NCBI RefSeq assembly: GCF_006345805.1
Contig: NC_042997.1
Span: forward strand, 204,042,001 to 204,106,000
Reading direction: 5' to 3'
Source of the DNA: Octopus sinensis
Taxonomy: Eukaryota
Length of the DNA: 64,000 nt
Under the pieces are notes generated by a model. The model searched no databases, was not told where the DNA came from, and saw nothing but the letters and a program-made list of their open reading frames with translations. This document shows positions 24,965-36,720 of the stretch, piece after piece. Within the stretch, counting starts at the first letter, position 1. Each line of letters opens with the position of its first letter. Made by a program: the position numbers and the translations under genes.

Positions 24965-25343
24965 TCTTTTACTGTTTTATTTGTTTCAGTCATTTGACTG
25001 CGGCCATGCTGGAGCACCACCATTAGTCGAGCAAATCGACTCCAGGACTTATTCTTTGTAAGCCTATTACTTATTCTATCGGTCTCTTTTGCCGAGCTGC
25101 TAAGTTATGGGGAAGTAAACACACCAGCATCAGTTGTCAAGCGATGTTGGTGAAGACAAACACACACACACACGTATATACGATAGGCTTCTTTCAGTTT
25201 CCGTCTACCAAATCCACTCACAAGGCTTTGGTCGGCCTGAGGCTATAGTAGAATACACTTGCCCAAGGTGCCATGCAGTGGGACTGAACCCGGAACCATG
25301 TGGTTGGTAAGCAAGCTACTTACCACACAGCCACTCTTGCGCC
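24965..25343 (-). mobile_element. SINE family B (full length)
   Basis: Reverse complement of family B, followed by (TA)n. Confidence 0.85.
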
Positions 25344-25789
25344 TATATATATATATATATATGAAATTTTTAATTTAGTTCTCTCCCAGTACTACCTTTG
25401 CTGACCACCAAGTGTCTGTGGACCTCAGGATGGGAACCACTGACCTACACTTATTAAATCAATGACTGTCTCTCTAAGTGATCAATCATTCTGCTAAAAA
25501 TGGCAGCTAAATATTCCTCAAACCACATCTTACTGTCTTAAAAAAACTGCATTGGATATTGTGGTCCTAGATCATCTTATCTTTTTCCCAGGCACAATTT
25601 ACCAAGGCCCACATTATCCAGTGTGTCCTTTCCTGGGACACTAGGATGTAATTTGAGAGAAACTTGGCTGCTATTTCTCACATGCTGAGCAACCACATAG
25701 ATGTTCATTCTCATTGGCTCAAAATGCACTGATTGATCTCTTGTTTGCTGCAGTAACTATAGCAGCCTTATTAGAATATATTTTTTTGT

Positions 25790-26234
25790 GTTGGTACCAG
25801 TGCTGGTGGCACACAAGAAAACCATCCAAACGTGGCCGTAGCCAGTAACGCATCGACTGGCCTCCGTGCTGTGCGCACGTAACAAACACCATCCGATCGT
25901 GGCCGTTCGCCAGCCTCATCTGGCACCTGTGTCGGTGGCACATAAAAACACCATCCGAGCGTGGCCGTCTGCCAGCCTCGTCTGGCACCGGTGTTGGTGG
26001 CACATAAAAAACACCATCCGAGCGTGGCCGTTTGCCAGCTTCATCTGGCACCTGTGTCGTTGACACATAAAATCACCCACTACACTCATGGAGTGGTTGG
26101 CGTTAGGAAGGGCATCCAGCTGTAGAAACACTGCCAGATCTGACTGGCCTGGTGCAGCCTTCGGGCTCCCCAGACCCCAGTTGAACTGTCCAACCCATGC
26201 TAGCATGGAAAGCGGACGTTAAATGATGATGATG
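25790..26234 (+). mobile_element. RTE 3'-UTR/tail repeat with ~60-bp sub-repeats
   Basis: ggtggcacataaaaacaccatccgagcgtggccg repeats, then ...ggcatccagctgtagaaac...ggacgttaaatgatgat. Confidence 0.85.
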
Positions 26235-26971
26235 TAAGTTTAGTATAAATTTTATTAAAATGAAATCTGCAGATTTGCAAACAAAGATTGTTACACGTGT
26301 GAGAGGGTGTCTGTCCCAGCTCTAATCACATGCTACAGTTATTAATCACATGTTCAAAAACACAAATTGTCTGATTGACTTCCACGCTGGGAACTTAACA
26401 CATTTCAGTTTTCATTAGTATTTATTGAAAAGTAGGGCAACAGAGGACAGCACTGATAGCAGCAGGATCTTTGTATCAGTAGCCCTGGGTCCTGCGTTCC
26501 AAATAGCATTGTCGTCAACTTTGCTTTTCAAAGTATATCTTTTATCTCTTCTTTTTATCTGTTGCTTGTTTCAGTCATTGGACTGTGGCCATGTTGGGGC
26601 ACTGCCTTGAAGGGTTTAGTCAATCAAACCAACCCCATTACTGATTCTATCGGCTTCTTTTGCTGAACTGCTAAGTTACAGTGATGGAAGCAAAGCAACA
26701 CTGGTTCTCAAGTAGTAAGGGGTGGGGTAGGGTGCAAAGATGCGTACGTACATACATACGTGTGTACATGTGTATGGCAGGTTTCCATCTAGTTTCTGTT
26801 TACCAAATTCAGTCACAAAGCATTGGTTGGTCAGGGTCTATAATAGAAGACACTTGCCCAAGGTGCCATGCAGTGGGACTGAACCTGGAACCATGTGGTT
26901 GCAAAGTGAGCTTCTTAAACACACAACCATACCTGTGCCATATCAATAATACTCATCATCATCATCATCAT

Positions 26972-27120
26972 AGGCGCAGGAGTGGCTGTGTGGTAAGTAG
27001 CTTGCTTACCAACCACATGGTTTCGGGTTCAGTCCCACTGCGTGGCACCTTGGGCAAGTGTCTTCTACTATAGCCTCGGATTTCGTAGACAGAAACTGAA
27101 AGAAGCCCGTCATATACATG

Positions 27121-27151
<31 letters not shown>

Positions 27152-27360
27152 AAATGTTTGTGTGTCTGTGCTTGTCCCTCCAACATCGCTTGACAACCTA
27201 TGCTGGTGTGTTTACGTTCCCATAACTTAGTGGTTTGGCAAAAAGAGACCGATAGAATAAGTACTAGGCTTACAAAGAATAAATCCTGGGGTCGATTTGC
27301 TCGACTAAAGGCAGTGCTCCAGCATGGCTGCAATCAAATCACTGAAACAAGTAAAAGAAA
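26972..27360 (+). mobile_element. SINE family B inserted at the (CAT)n end of an RTE-tail repeat
   Basis: Preceded by (CAT)n and followed by the continuation tccatgctggcatgg...ggatggtttgac. Confidence 0.8.
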
Positions 27361-28252
27361 GTAAGCATCTATTGTCCATGCTGGCATGGATGGACTGGAT
27401 GGTTTGACTGGGGTTGGTAAGCTGGAAGGCTGCACCAAACTCCAGTCTGATTTGGCATGGTTTTCTACGGCTGGGTGCCCTTCCTAATGCCAACCACTCC
27501 GAGAGTGTAATGGGTGCGTTTATGTGTCACAGGTGCCATTTGCGTGACACCAGAATCTGCTATGACTGCGATTTTGCTCAGCTTGATGGGTCTTCTCAAT
27601 TCTTTATTTCTTTATTGTCAACAGGGGGCTAAACATAGAGGGTACAAACAAGGACAGATGACGGGATTAAGTCGATTACATCGACCCCAGTGTGTGACTG
27701 GTACTTATTTAATCAACCCTGAAAGGATGGAAAGCAAAGTCAACCTCGGTGGAATTTGAACTCAGAACGTAACAGCAGACGAAATACCACTAAGCATTTC
27801 GCACAACATAATGCCAAAGGTCTTGGTCATTGCTTCCATGAAGCCCAACACTTGAAAGGAATTCAGCCACTTTGCCTCTCTGAGGTCTAACACTTGAAAG
27901 GTGCTCCTTATGTGCTTCTGGCACAGGTGCCAGTTATGTGACACTAGCATTGACCATGGCTGTGATTTCACTGTTTATCTTTAATATGTGAGGTGGTGGG
28001 ATGTCTTGCATTTAAAGGCAAAAATCACTATGGAGATAGAGGAGTGTCTGTGTTGAAGAGGTTTCCATCCAAGGTTTTAAGCTGTTGCTGTATTTGTGTA
28101 ATTGTAATTTCAGAAACACTAATGTGGACTTTTAATTGCACAAATCTGCAACTTTGATTCCCACTTTCAATGAGTTGATTGTTGTTAGTGCTCTTGATGT
28201 GAAGTTGGAGTGTTATAAATGGTAGACTTTGAATGATGATGATGATGATGAT

Positions 28253-28285
<33 letters not shown>

Positions 28286-28597
28286 TACATAGATATTTTC
28301 TATATTTTCTGCAATTATTTTCAGGAACTGTTATCATAAGGAGTTTTGATAAGATAAAAACAAGACCAACAAGAAAAAAAAAAAAGCTTATTGGGTCATT
28401 GTTTGTTTAATTAAAGTGATTACTTCATATCTAATAATATTTTTTTTTAATATGTATTATTGGAGGACCTAGTTAAGGCAAGTTCAGCTGTATGAACTGA
28501 CTGTGAGCATAGTTTGAACTATTGACCTTTCATCAACATACTGTTAATTTCTCTGTGTATATTTTGATGTATCTATCTATATCTGTCTGTTGTGAAA

Positions 28598-28930
28598 GTG
28601 CGTGGCTAAGTGGTTAGGGTATTTCGTTCATGATTGTAAGGCTGTGAGTTTGATACCTGGAGCTGTGTTGCGTCCTTGATCAAGACACTTTACTCCATGT
28701 TGCTCTTGTTGCTCCAGTCCACTCAGCTGGCATAAGTGAATTGTACCTGTAATTGAAGAGGGGCCAGCCTTGTCATACTCTGTGTCATGCTGAATCTCCC
28801 TGAGGACTACGCTTAGGGTACACTTGTCTGTGGAATGCTCAGTCGCTTGCATGTTCATTTCACGACCAGGCTGTCCCGTCGATTGGATCATGTGGAACAC
28901 TTATCATAATCGATGGAGTACCAGTTATAT
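28598..28930 (+). mobile_element. tRNA-derived SINE family D (gcgtggctaagtggttagg...gtccttgatcaagacacttt...gggccagcct)
   Basis: A-box-like head. Homologous copy at ~19560-19810. Confidence 0.7.
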
Positions 28931-30619
28931 CAGTCTGTCCATGTTCTTGTCCCTTCTTATTTTTAACCTCTTGACAGCTTCCATAAAGCTGCCTTTCTCT
29001 CAGTAAGGTAGTGAGCTGGCACAATCATTAGCACACCGAACTAAATGCTTAGCAGCATTTCGTCTGTCTGCACATTCTGAGTTCAAATTCTGCCGAGGTC
29101 GACTTTGCCTTTCATACTTTTGGGGTCGATAAATTTAGTACCAGTAAGACACTGGGGTTTATGTAATCGACTGGTCCCCTCTCCAGAAATTTCAGGCCTT
29201 GTGCTTAGAGTAGAAAGGATTATACTTTCTGTCAGTCAAGGAGGCTCTTTAATCTTGCGAGTTACATGGCAACCTCACGGGTGTTAGGGCCATGAAAAAT
29301 GCACTCAATACACTCTGTAAAGTAGTTGGTGTTAGGAAGGGCATTCAGCCGTAGAAACCATGCCAAAACTGAGATACTGGAGCAAGACAAGGTTCTGTAG
29401 AACAGTTCAATCCATGCCAGCATGGAAGATGGATTTTAAAGGATAACATCATCATCACCACTACTACTACCACCACCACCACCATTCCCCTACTTCTTTA
29501 ATATATTATTTTTTGCTATCATTTCGACAATTCTTTTATTCTTTCACTGGTTTGAGTCATTGAGCTGTGGTCATAATGGTTCACTGTCTGATTCCTGGAC
29601 TTATTTCCATTTCCTACTTATTTTATCAGTCTCTGTTTATCAAATGGCAAAGTTAAGTTTGACAAAAGTACACTACTCAACACACTAGTTGTATGCACAG
29701 ACATGCGTTTGTATGTATTATAGGTATTGGTTATACATAGACATGTGTATTGGTATACACAGGCATGTGTGTATGTGTATCCTATGGATTGGTACACACT
29801 CACACTCATGTCTGTATCTGTATTGTATGTATTGCTGTATTGCAAAGTTTTCTTTTACATCATCATCATCATAGTTTAATTTCCGTTTTCCATGCTGGCA
29901 TGGGTTGGACTATTTGACTGAGGACTGGAGAGCCAGTGGCTGCCCCAGGCTCCAATCTGATCTGGCAATGTTTCTACAGCTGGATGCCCTTCCTAACGCC
30001 AATCACTCCAAGAGTGTAGTGGGTGCTTTTTATGTGCCACCGACACAGGAGCCACTCAGGCGGTTCTGGCATCGATCATGTTTGGATAGTGCTTTTTACG
30101 TACCACTGGCACAGAAGCCTGTCATGGGGTACTGGCATCGGCCATGTTCAGATGGTGCTTTTTACGTGCCACTGGCACGGGAGCTAGTCAGGGGGCACTA
30201 TCCACAGCTACGATATTGGTTTTACTTGGCTCAACAGGTCTTCTCAAGCATATCATATCTGCCAATGCATCAGAGGTACTCTTAACTGGGCCGGACGTGC
30301 ATGGCTGCGATCTCCATCCTTTAACGTCAGCTTTCCATGTTGGTAGGATGGGTAGGTGGGTGAGTTCGTGAGATTTGGGAAGGGATGTAATGAGTGGGCA
30401 CTGGTAGAGGGAGGAGTTATTAGGGGGGGATATGTTGTGGGAAGGGATTGAACAGGGACATATTGGCTGTGGGTAGGTATGTGAGGGAGAGGGAAGGGAG
30501 AATGCAACAGTGGTAGGCATGGGTGGGTTGTGGGGAAGTGGGGTGGGCATCATCAACTGCCTCAGTCCTATGTCATCTCCCCTGTGCGGTTCAACATCAT
30601 CATCATCATCATGTGATGA

Positions 30620-32178
30620 TCATTTCTCACCAGTTCATCCCACATCTTGCTTTTCCTCTTCCCCAGGTTCCCTCCACATCAGCACTTCTCTATGCAGCTG
30701 TCCTCATTCATGCACATCACATAACCATACCAGTGCAGCCTTCTTTCTTGTACACTACAACATGCATCTTATACCCAGATTTTCTCTCAAAACATTTACA
30801 CTGTCGTTCGTGCACACTGACATTGCACATTTAGCAGAGTGTACCAGCCTCGTTTCTTTCAAGCCTTCATATCTCCTCTGTAATCACAGCCCATATTTCA
30901 CTGCCATGTAGCGTGGCTGTCCATATACAGGAATCATACAGCCTACCCTTCACTCTGAAGGAGACGTCCTTTGTTCCTAAGAAAGGTAATAGCTCTCTGA
31001 ATTTTGGTCCTGCCAGTTCTTATTCTATCGACTACACTTTCAGAGTTTCCTCCTCCACTGTTAACTTGGTCCTCTAGGTAATGGGAAATGTCTACTACTT
31101 CCAAGGATCTCCCCGGACATTTGAGGAAGTCTATTTGCTGTACATTCTTAGTGTTTATTGTAGCTACACATCTGTCACAGAAAGCCTTTTCTATCAGCCT
31201 TCATGTGATTCCACTGTACTTCTTAGGTGGCCACAGCTTGCACTGGGTAATCTGAATGAAATGTCTATCTGTATCTCTTTTACCTTTCGGATTAGTAATT
31301 TGTCTGCTTTCTTGTTTACTACTACTTTGGTCTGTGTTAAATTAACTCTAAGGCTCCTAGATTCCAGTCCTTGCTGCCATACCTGAAATTTCTTTTCTAA
31401 CTCGTGTGGAAATTTGACTATAAGAACAAGGTTCATTATCTACATTATTTACATTTGACAAATATTTGTCCTCATCTTGTTTGTCGTCAACACAGCTGAT
31501 ATACCCTCCAGCCTTCATCAGGTGTCTTGGGGAAATTTCGAATCTGGGTTCTCATTCCTAAGGTATTTTTCAATATTATTATTATTATTATTATTATTCT
31601 GGTCACTGCCTGGAATTGAACTTGGAATCTTGGGGTTAGTAGCCCACGCTCTTAAACACTATGCCACATGCCTGTCAAATGTAAATAATGTACATAATTC
31701 CTCGTCTCTCAACTATAGAACTGTAAGAGCAAGATTGTTAGCAGAGAGAAACTTCCAAAGACAATCAGGTCTAAATTTCTCTGTTTTGGCCTGGAGGACT
31801 TTTATAAGCAAGATGGGGCTGAGAAACTGGTCCTTGGCAAACTCCTACCTGCACACTAGATTCGTAGGTATACTCATTGCCAACTTTCATCTTACTGACA
31901 GTATCCCTTTACATTGCTTGTACGGCTCTTATCTATCCCTAGCTTCCGCTTTGGCCATCAGATAAGTTGAGTGAGGTACCCTGTCAAGGGCTTTCTCCAT
32001 GTGAACAAAAGCCAGGTACAGAGGTTTTTCTTTTGGCTAAGTACTTCTCTTGCAGTTGTCTTACGAGGAAGATAGTTGTAGAAGTGCTTCTCTCTGGCAC
32101 AAAACCAAACTGCATGTCATCTAGCTTAACTATCTCCCTAATTAGTTGAGCTATGACCCTTTCTGTGACTTTCACATT
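30620..32178 (-). mobile_element. fragmented RTE LINE (RT domain and C-terminus) interrupted by a PLE-like segment (~31437-31930)
   Basis: MKVTERVI...QFGFVPERST...IFLVRQLQEKY (31984-32175), ELEKKF..W..GLE...LRVN...TKV (31194-31436) and KGRLYD.C..TA.LHGSE (~30900-30960). Confidence 0.8.
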
Positions 32179-32299
32179 GTGTAAAATTGTTTAGGATGAC
32201 ACTTAAACAATTTTATATGTACACATGTATGTATGTGTGTGTGTATGTATGTTGCATGTATATGTATTTTACACACACACATGTATGTATGTATAAATA

Positions 32300-32973
32300 T
32301 GTATATATAATATATATATATATATCATCATCATCATTTAGCGTCTGTTCTCCATGCTATCATGGGTTTAACGATTCAACTCTGATCTGTGAAGCTGGAA
32401 GGCTTCATCAGGCCCAGTCAGATCTGGCAGTGTTTCTACGGCTGGATGCCCTTCCTAATGCCAACCACTCCGTGAGTGTAGTGGGTGCTTTTTACGTGCC
32501 ACCTGCACAGGTGCCAGACAGAGCTGGCAAACGGCCACGAACGGATGGTGCTTTTACGTGCCACCAACACGGGTCCAGACAGAGCTGGCAAACGGCCACG
32601 AACGGATGGTGCTTTTACATGTCACCGGCACGGGGCCAGGCAAGGCTGGCAACGGACACGAACAGATGGTGCTTTTTACGTGCCACCAACACGGGGGCCA
32701 TATATATATATATATATATATACACACAGATAGATAGGTACATAGGTAACATGAACAGACAAGCACACATACATATGCGAATGAAAGCTGAAACACACGA
32801 CCATATGTACACTTCACACAAGGACACATATGGAGACACATCCATACATAACAGACACACGTACATAGTCATATAAACCTATACACAGACACATTCAGAC
32901 ATGCTCACACACATAAAACACACAAACACATGAATATGCAGAATACATACATACAAGCATACACACATACATA

Positions 32974-33005
<32 letters not shown>

Positions 33006-33381
33006 CATCATCATCATCATTTAGCGTCTGTTCTCCATGCTATCATGGGTTTAACGATTCAACTCTGATCTGTGAAGCTGGAAGGCTTCATCAGGCCCAG
33101 TCAGATCTGGCAGTGTTTCTACGGCTGGATGCCCTTCCTAATGCCAACCACTCCGTGAGTGTAGTGGTGCTTTTTACGTGCCACCTGCACAGGTGCCAGA
33201 CAGAGCTGGCAAACGGCCACGAACGGATGGTGCTTTTTACGTGCCACCAACACGGGTCCAGACAGAGCTGGCAAACGGCCACGAACGGATGGTGCTTTTA
33301 CATGTCACCGGCACGGGGCCAGGCAAGGCTGGCAACGGACACGAACAGATGGTGCTTTTACGTGCCACCAACACGGGGGCC

Positions 33382-33412
<31 letters not shown>

Positions 33413-33644
33413 GATAGATAGGTACATAGGTAACATGAACAGACAAGCACACATACATATGCGAATGAAAGCTGAAACACACGACCATATGTACACTTCA
33501 CACAAGGACACATATGGAGACACATCCATACATAACAGACACACGTACATAGTCATATAAACCTATACACAGACACATTCAGACATGCTCACACACATAA
33601 AACACACAAACACATGAATATGCAGAATACATACATACAAGCAT

Positions 33645-33670
<26 letters not shown>
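32300..33670. repeat. near-identical ~684-bp tandem duplication (RTE tail plus CA-rich sequence)
   Basis: 32341 matches 33024 and 32926 matches 33610. The differences I could see are homopolymer and microsatellite lengths. Confidence 0.9.
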
Positions 33671-33689
<19 letters not shown>

Positions 33690-34847
33690 TACACACATGC
33701 ATACATACATATTTGTACGCTCATGCTCATTGACCCACACACATGTGCACAAATAAACAAAAAGAACGCAAGTCAGAGAACAGACAGAGTTGATGATTAT
33801 TGAAAAGGTTGCAAGACGCAACAAAAATTTTAGAAAAAATAAAGAAGTAAATGAATGGAAACTGAACCAGTGAGTGTGTCAAATAATAAGGCACAAAAAG
33901 AGAATGACCCTCCCCAGACACAACAAAATATATATACACATATACAGTTACAGTTTTCAAATTTTTCACTTTACAGTGTGTTCTGGTGTTTTTTATGAGG
34001 CACCATCACCATATATGATGGGCTTCCAGGCAATTTCCATGTACCAAATTCTATGTGGCATTGGTGAACTTGGGGCTACAGTAGAAGAGACACTTGCCTA
34101 AAGTGCTATGTGGTGGAATTGAACTCAGAATCACATTACCCTAAATGCACCTATAACTAGATAGGTTTGTAAAATATCCTCTTGTCAATAGTTTCTATAA
34201 TTTGTCATTCTATTTATAATCCCCTCTTTGGATTTGATCTCACTATCTTCCCTCACATTGTTTTTGTCTGTTCCTTGGTTTCTGTCTGTCTATCACCTGA
34301 TAATGCTATATCTTTGTTAGCACACTTCAGGCATTCACCGACGGCAAACCTACCATTACACTGACTCCCTTATATATTACATATATCTCTAGTTCTCACT
34401 TATGCTTTCATATACCTCTGACTCTCAGACTAGACTATCAGCTCCCAGAGTATTTGTATATTCATAAAATCCTACTGAGATTATTCATGTTCTTGTCTTT
34501 TCTGCCATACAGCATCGCACATCACACTCTCTACCTTTCATGGGAAGAATGATCCTGTTGTTATCCATGCGTGCACACAGCAGTTTTGTAGTTTTTTCTT
34601 CTCTCTGACAAAACTAAACTTTACTTCCTTTTGTAATGCTTGCTCTTAAGGTCAGACCGGTACACTAGATAGACTTAGTGTGTGGGGCTTAATTGGTTAA
34701 CCCATTTCACAGTTCTTATATTTTATATTCCATCAGGTTAAAAACTTGGATAAAACTTTTCAAGATTCAACTGTGTTTAAAGAATGAGTAAATTCAAAGA
34801 GCTGTGTTTTGCTGACATCACAGTGCTGCTATGGCTGATAATAATAA

Positions 34848-35380
34848 GCAGCGAGCTGGCAGAATCGTTAGCATGCCGGATGAACTGCTTAGCAGTATTT
34901 CGTCTGCTGCTATATTCTGAGTTCAAATTCTGCCGAGGTTGACTTTTCCTTTCATCCTTTCAGGGTTGATTAAATAAATACCTATTTCTTTACTACCCAC
35001 AAGGGGCTAAACACAGAGAGGACAAACAAGGACAAACAAACAGATTAAGTTGATTACATCGACTCCAGTGTGTAACTAGTACTTAATTTATCGACCCCGA
35101 AAGGATGAAAGGCAAAGTCGACCTCGGCAGAATTTGAACTCAGAACGTAACGGCCGACGAAATACAGCGACACATTTCGCCTGGTGTGCTAACGATTCTG
35201 CCAGATTGACACCTTAATTAAATAAATACCAGTTACGCACTGGTGTCGATATAATCGACTTAATCCGTTTGTCTGTCCTCGTTTGTCCTCTCTGTGTTTA
35301 GCCCCTTGTGGGTAGTAAAGAAATAGGTATTTCGTCTGCCATTACATTCTGAGTTCAAATTCTGCCGAGGTTGACTTTGC
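34848..35380. mobile_element. SINE family A (+) with a second family A copy (-) nested inside
   Basis: TSD ATTAAATAAATACC at 34969-34982 and 35217-35230 flanks the inverted copy. Confidence 0.85.
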
Positions 35381-35389
35381 CTAAGAGTG

Positions 35390-35682
35390 TAATGGGTGCC
35401 ATTTGCATGCCACCAGCAACAACCACAACTAGGGTTCACGGGTGCCATTTACATGGTACTGGCAATGAACCTGACTCTGATGCACGGGTGCCATTTACAT
35501 ACCACCAGCAACAACCACGACTCATGGGTGCCATATAAATGGCACCACTAACAACCATGATTCCTGGGTGCCATTTACATGGTGCCATCAATGACTATGA
35601 CTACAATACATGGGTGATATTTATATGGCACTGGCAGTGAGCATTACTACGACTCTTGGGTGCCATTTACATGGCACCACCA
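35390..35682. repeat. degenerate ~40-50-bp tandem repeat (gggtgccatttacatggcac...)
   Basis: About seven recurrences of GGGTGCCATTTACAT-like blocks, resembling an expanded RTE-UTR sub-repeat. Confidence 0.75.
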
Positions 35683-35684
35683 TG

Positions 35685-35715
<31 letters not shown>

Positions 35716-35729
35716 AATAATAGCAATAA

Positions 35730-36720
35730 TCCTTTCTACTAAAGGCGCAAGGCCTGAAATTTTTTGGGAGGGGACTACTCGATTACATCAACCCCAGTAC
35801 TCAACTGGTACTTATTTTATTAACTCCGAAAGAATAAAGAGCAAAGTCGACCTTGGTGGAATTTGAACTCAGAATGTGGAGACAGGTGAAGTGTTACTAA
35901 GCATTTCACCCAGCATGCTAATAATTCTGTCAGCTTGCAACCTTGATAATAATAATAAACAACCCTTTCTGCTATTGGTACAGGGCCTGAAATTTTGTGG
36001 GAGGGGTTAGGGTTAGTCTATCACATTGACCTCAGTGTTCAGCTGCCGCTTATTTTATTGACCCAGAAAGGATGAGTGGTAAAGCTGACTTGTGTGGAAT
36101 TTGAACTTGGAATGTAAAGTTGGAAGGAATGCCACAAAGCATTACATCTAGCATGCTAATGATTCTGCGAGCTTGCCACTTCATATATTTGTTGTAGTTG
36201 TAGTAGTAGTAGTAGTAGTAGTAATCCTTTCTACTAAAGGCACAAGGCTTGAAATTTGGAGGAGGGGTAAGTTGATTACATTGACCCTTGTACTCAACTG
36301 GTACTTATTTTATCGACCCCGAAAAGATGAAAGGCAAAGTCGACCTCAGCAGAATTTGAACTCAGAACTTAGTGACAGCAGTAATAATGATGATAATAAT
36401 AATCTTTTCTATTATAGGCACAACGCCTGAAATGTTGGGGGAGGTTACATCGACCCCAGTGTTTCTCTGATGCTTAATTTATTGATCTTGAAAGGATGAA
36501 AGGCAAAGTCGACCTTGGCAGAATTTGAACTCAGAACATAAAGATGTACAAAAGGCTGCTAACCATTTTGCCAGTTCACAAGAGGAAGGGGTCAGTCAAC
36601 CAAATTGATTCTAGATCAGCTCTTGAAGAACAAATGACAAAATTTACTTCATCAGGATTTGAACTCAGAGTGTAAAGAACCAAAACTAAATACTACTAGG
36701 CATTTAGTCTGATGATTCTT
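35730..36720 (-). mobile_element. head-to-tail cluster of diverged family A SINEs separated by (TAA)n/(TAG)n
   Basis: Repeated cctttctact.aaggcacaaggcctgaaattt...gaatttgaactcagaa blocks. Confidence 0.8.
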
